The notes under the pieces: model-generated | What the model was told of the DNA's origin: nothing | What the model saw: the letters and a program-made list of their open reading frames with translations, nothing else | Databases searched by the model: none | Shown here: in pieces, positions 60,821 through 64,000 of the stretch | Position numbering within the stretch: the stretch's first letter is position 1 | Layout of the letters: every line of letters begins with the position of its first letter | Made by a program: the position numbers and the translations under genes | Source: Macrostomum lignano | Lineage: Eukaryota | Direction: 5' to 3' | DNA length: 64,000 bases | Assembly (NCBI GenBank): GCA_002269645.1 | Contig: NIVC01003797.1 | Span: 12,332 to 76,331, forward strand

Positions 60821-61135
60821 AAATGATTGACGGCTATATCTTGAACTTTTTAGCTGCTGCGTCAGAAGACGAGCTGCAGTCTGTCTCCTGAAGAATAACT
60901 ATACCAACTATACCTAATATATGACAGAAGTGCTCACGGAGCAATTGCTGATTCAGTCTTCCTATCCCTATGGAACAGCGTTGTTGGAGGATTCGCTGAG
61001 TGGGCGCTCTCTAACCGCGTGCCTCCTATTTTGAATAATTCTGCCCGGGCCCTGTGCCGATCTCCGCAGCTCGTGAGCAAACATGCTGTTCTTGTCCCGC
61101 TGCGGGGGACGCTTCGAGGCTGTAGTCAACTTTCG

Positions 61136-61149
61136 ATCGCCATGGCAAC
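61136..61149. promoter_or_regulatory. RFX X-box-like motif upstream of TRPV-like copy 3
   Basis: ATCGCCATGGCAAC fits the relaxed X-box consensus RYYNYY-N2-RRNRAC. Confidence 0.35.
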
Positions 61150-62076
61150 AAGCATTGATTAATCTGCGCCTGCGTGCTTGTCCCATTTCCTCACTAGGAT
61201 TTCGTGGGGATTTCGATAACGATTTTACAAGGGGCCTAATAGGGAATCGGCAATAGACGAATCGGATACAGTGTTTGAAGTGCTCTCCTTGCCCTTTAGC
61301 TATTGGAAATCTAAAATAAACAGTAAATGGCCGATATTTTGTTTAATCTGTGAGTTTACTGTTTCACCCAGAGCTGATTGCTAATTTCATATTACTGTTT
61401 GCCCGCGTGAACAACCTGGTGGCCTGGAGTACTTTTGGCTCAGTGCTATATAGTTAATAACGAAGTACCTGATGTTAAACTCAGAACAAGTTTTAGACTC
61501 GTGAGGTTCTGGTAGTCCGGGGGTTGCAATTTACTTTTATAGCTTCAACTTTCATGTCGGGGTTTCGCCAGTGAGTATGCGTTTTTAAGCGCAATAAAAA
61601 TGCGTCAAGCTTATGTAAGTAAAGCTACAAGTCTCAAGCAGAAATTACGGTAAATACTGTTTAGGCGGTGAAAGCGGATTAATACATTATTATGTTGGGT
61701 AGGATAATTTATTACTGGCTTGTGCCAATTTTTCTAGCAACAAAGGAGAAGGGAGGGCGAAACTAGCTCGGCTGCAATGAGGAAACGAACAATTTTTTTA
61801 TACGGGAAAACTCTACGAATAGTAAGTAGTATGCTAAGCGCATGACAGGCATATATTATTAATCTCATTATAAAAGCTCAGTCGATCCTTCAATTAAATC
61901 GATGTTTTTGTTTCTTAAGAGCAAGCGAGGTGAGAAAATGCAGAACGGCGCTTATCATGAGCTTCTGTACAAATCCGATCGCGCCTTGGTCGGGGCGCGC
62001 TGATCCGAGGCAAAGCTAGGCAAGGATGACCGTGTGACGAAGGAAGCGAAGGAAGCCAGTAAACCAGGTGCTCAGC

Positions 62077-63687
62077 TCAGTTACCGCCGCCTCCGGTGAA
62101 CAGCGACACCAGCTTGTTTGGCTTCAGCCGCGACGTCAACGAAGACATCTTTCTGCGCACCGGAGAGGTTGCCGCGGCAGCCGTCGACTTTGCAGCCGAT
62201 GCTGCGGCACCCGCCGCCGACTGTTGCTGCTTTGGTGCCTCCTGAAGTCGATTGGCAACCTCTTGAGCGCGCCTGGAATCAATGCGTGCTTGGATTCAAG
62301 AACGGTGCAGTATGGAAGCCCTCAGTTCGATGACCTCAGTTTGATTTGACCCCAGATTAAAAGAGAAATACGCATTCGACCTTTGCGCTGAACTGCCAGT
62401 TGAAATCTGCAGCCTTCCAGTCTACGCAGCTGCATCAAGCCCTATTAGATATTTTATTGGGCAAATTGCAGCCGGCCCAATGCGCAGCAGTTAAAAAAAC
62501 AATGGCCTGCTGTCATTCTGGACCCACCCCCGGCTGCAACTCTTTCCTGTGCAGATCACTTCCGAAGTGGTACTGGATGAATTGGAATTCCGGAATTACA
62601 TGTTAAGCAGCCTGGGCCGCCCCCCCCCGTAAGCCATTTGGATTGTAAATAAAAACTTCAAAGGAAGTGCGCACGAGTGAATAGAGAATGCATTGCACTC
62701 AAAAGCTACATTTAGGTGCATAACAGCTTCTCAGAGATTTGATGTTACAGGGGAGGCCCGTAGCCTAGTGGTCTAGCGCAAGCCCAGGCTCGATTCCAAG
62801 TGCAGCCAAATTAATTTGGGGCTAAATTGGAATCTCGGCTTGGCTCTGCTCGTGCAATTAACGCCCTTGAGGGCCAACCTACCAAGGCCCAGTGAAGTGT
62901 ACATGCCTAACGATAAATAAAGTTAAGGCGCTGTACACTCTTGTGTGAGTGTGCCTGTGCGTCCCGGTACCCAGGCTAAGAAGCGCCCTAGAGTCAATTG
63001 TGTCGCCCCAGAGTCGTTTCAGAGTCGCTGCAGCTAACTCAGGTAAAATACGAAAGAAGCGACTCTAGACGACTCTAAATAGACGAGATTTCACCGAGAA
63101 GTCGCCAAAAAGTCGTTAAAGAATCGTCCAAGAGTCAATTTGAAGCGTTCTATTGTCTGCGACTCTGAAATGACTCTGTGGCGACACAAGTAACTCTGGC
63201 ACGACGATATGACGAGCTTGGGCCGTAGGGTTATATTTGAGGCGTGCTAGAGTCGCTGTAGTTAAGCGCCAACACGACGACTCTTGGACGACTCTTTCGT
63301 GACTCTTACGACTCTACAACTCATGTGACGTGCTCGTGACGCAACAGTCGCATTAGGTGCGTTTGGGTCGTTAAAAAGTCCCGAGAGTCGATCCAGAGTC
63401 CCTAGAGTCACTAGTCAGCTGTTTGCAACGACCTTTTAGTGATTCTTTGTCACGGTATCGTTTTCAATGGGCGTATGACTGCGTACGTATCCGCACACTT
63501 GTGTGCCTCCTGCTCAGGGGAGTCGGTGGAATGGGCAATAATGGACACAGCCCTTCTGCCTCCAACAACAAATCGGATGTTGCAGAAACCTACCTGGTGA
63601 GATCTTCAACCTCCACCAGCATAGAGTCCTGCTCCATGTGCAGATCGTCCCGCTCAATTAGGCTTTTAACCAGGTCCTCGTTGTGCG
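62077..63687 (-). CDS. SCHIP1: SCHIP1-like (schwannomin-interacting protein 1) gene, last two exons: 63687-63594 and 62272-62077 (stop); 5' exons lie beyond the window
   Basis: HNEDLVKSLIERDDLHMEQDSMLVEVEDLTR matches the SCHIP1 C-terminal coiled coil ([30 protein letters not shown], from memory). Splice sites are canonical, and the phase-2 junction continues into an open terminal exon. Confidence 0.8.
62756..62985 (+). mobile_element. Probable tRNA-derived SINE
   Basis: A-box TAGCCTAGTGG (62761-62771) and B-box GGCTCGATTCC (62787-62797), with no full cloverleaf, followed by a unique body. Confidence 0.5.
62990..63197. mobile_element. 208-bp MITE-like inverted repeat (39-bp arms), followed by GACTC-rich degenerate repeats to ~63430
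   Basis: 62990-63028 versus the reverse complement of 63159-63197. Confidence 0.6.
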
Positions 63688-64000
63688 CTGCGCGAATGGG
63701 TGAGAGGCGGGTTTGAAGCGTTTGTTTATTTAGTGAACGATTGTTTAAATTAGCTTGTTAGGTCTTAGTGGCCAAAATCGCCGAAAGATAAAAGCGATAA
63801 AGGCTCTCGCTTTGTTTGTGCGTCCATCGTCTGGTTAAGCTAGCGATGTGACCGATGTCCTATTCTGGCCTAATTTTCTTTCGCTGAGAAAATGAATGCC
63901 AGCCACTAATGGATCATCTCTATAGAGTCGCTCCTATAGAGGCTCTCTGTCAGCCTCTGGAGCTGTCAGATGCAGCAAAGCAACGCTTTAAGCCTGGAGG

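Overview
Repeat-rich metazoan genomic DNA with GT-AG spliceosomal introns; it is not prokaryotic. The density of minisatellites and the gene style suggest an invertebrate such as a Macrostomum-type flatworm, but that is inference only. Most short entries in the ORF track are translations of tandem repeats. Genes reconstructed by hand: (1) an 8-exon FOXRED1 homolog (minus, 11361-22856) with consistent splice phases, one in-frame TAG, and a different tandem repeat in 6 of its 7 introns, its promoter and its probable 3' UTR; (2) a divergent profilin with an uninterrupted CDS; (3) an AJM1/C9orf172-like gene (plus) whose conserved C-terminus is in a shifted frame; (4) three TRPV-like channel paralogs in -/+/- orientation with near-identical N-terminal blocks and variable membrane cassettes, the third carrying a 1-bp deletion; (5) the last two exons of a SCHIP1-like gene. 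Mobile DNA: nested hAT-type elements with perfect 8-bp TSDs, a TIR MITE, piggyBac and mariner relics, a foldback-like inverted satellite pair and a probable tRNA-derived SINE. Two inverted copies of a ~270-300 bp element carry a 64-bp piece of 28S rRNA (helix 69-71, the R2/I-PpoI target region). The best leads are the TRPV-like constant/variable cluster and the 28S-fragment element.
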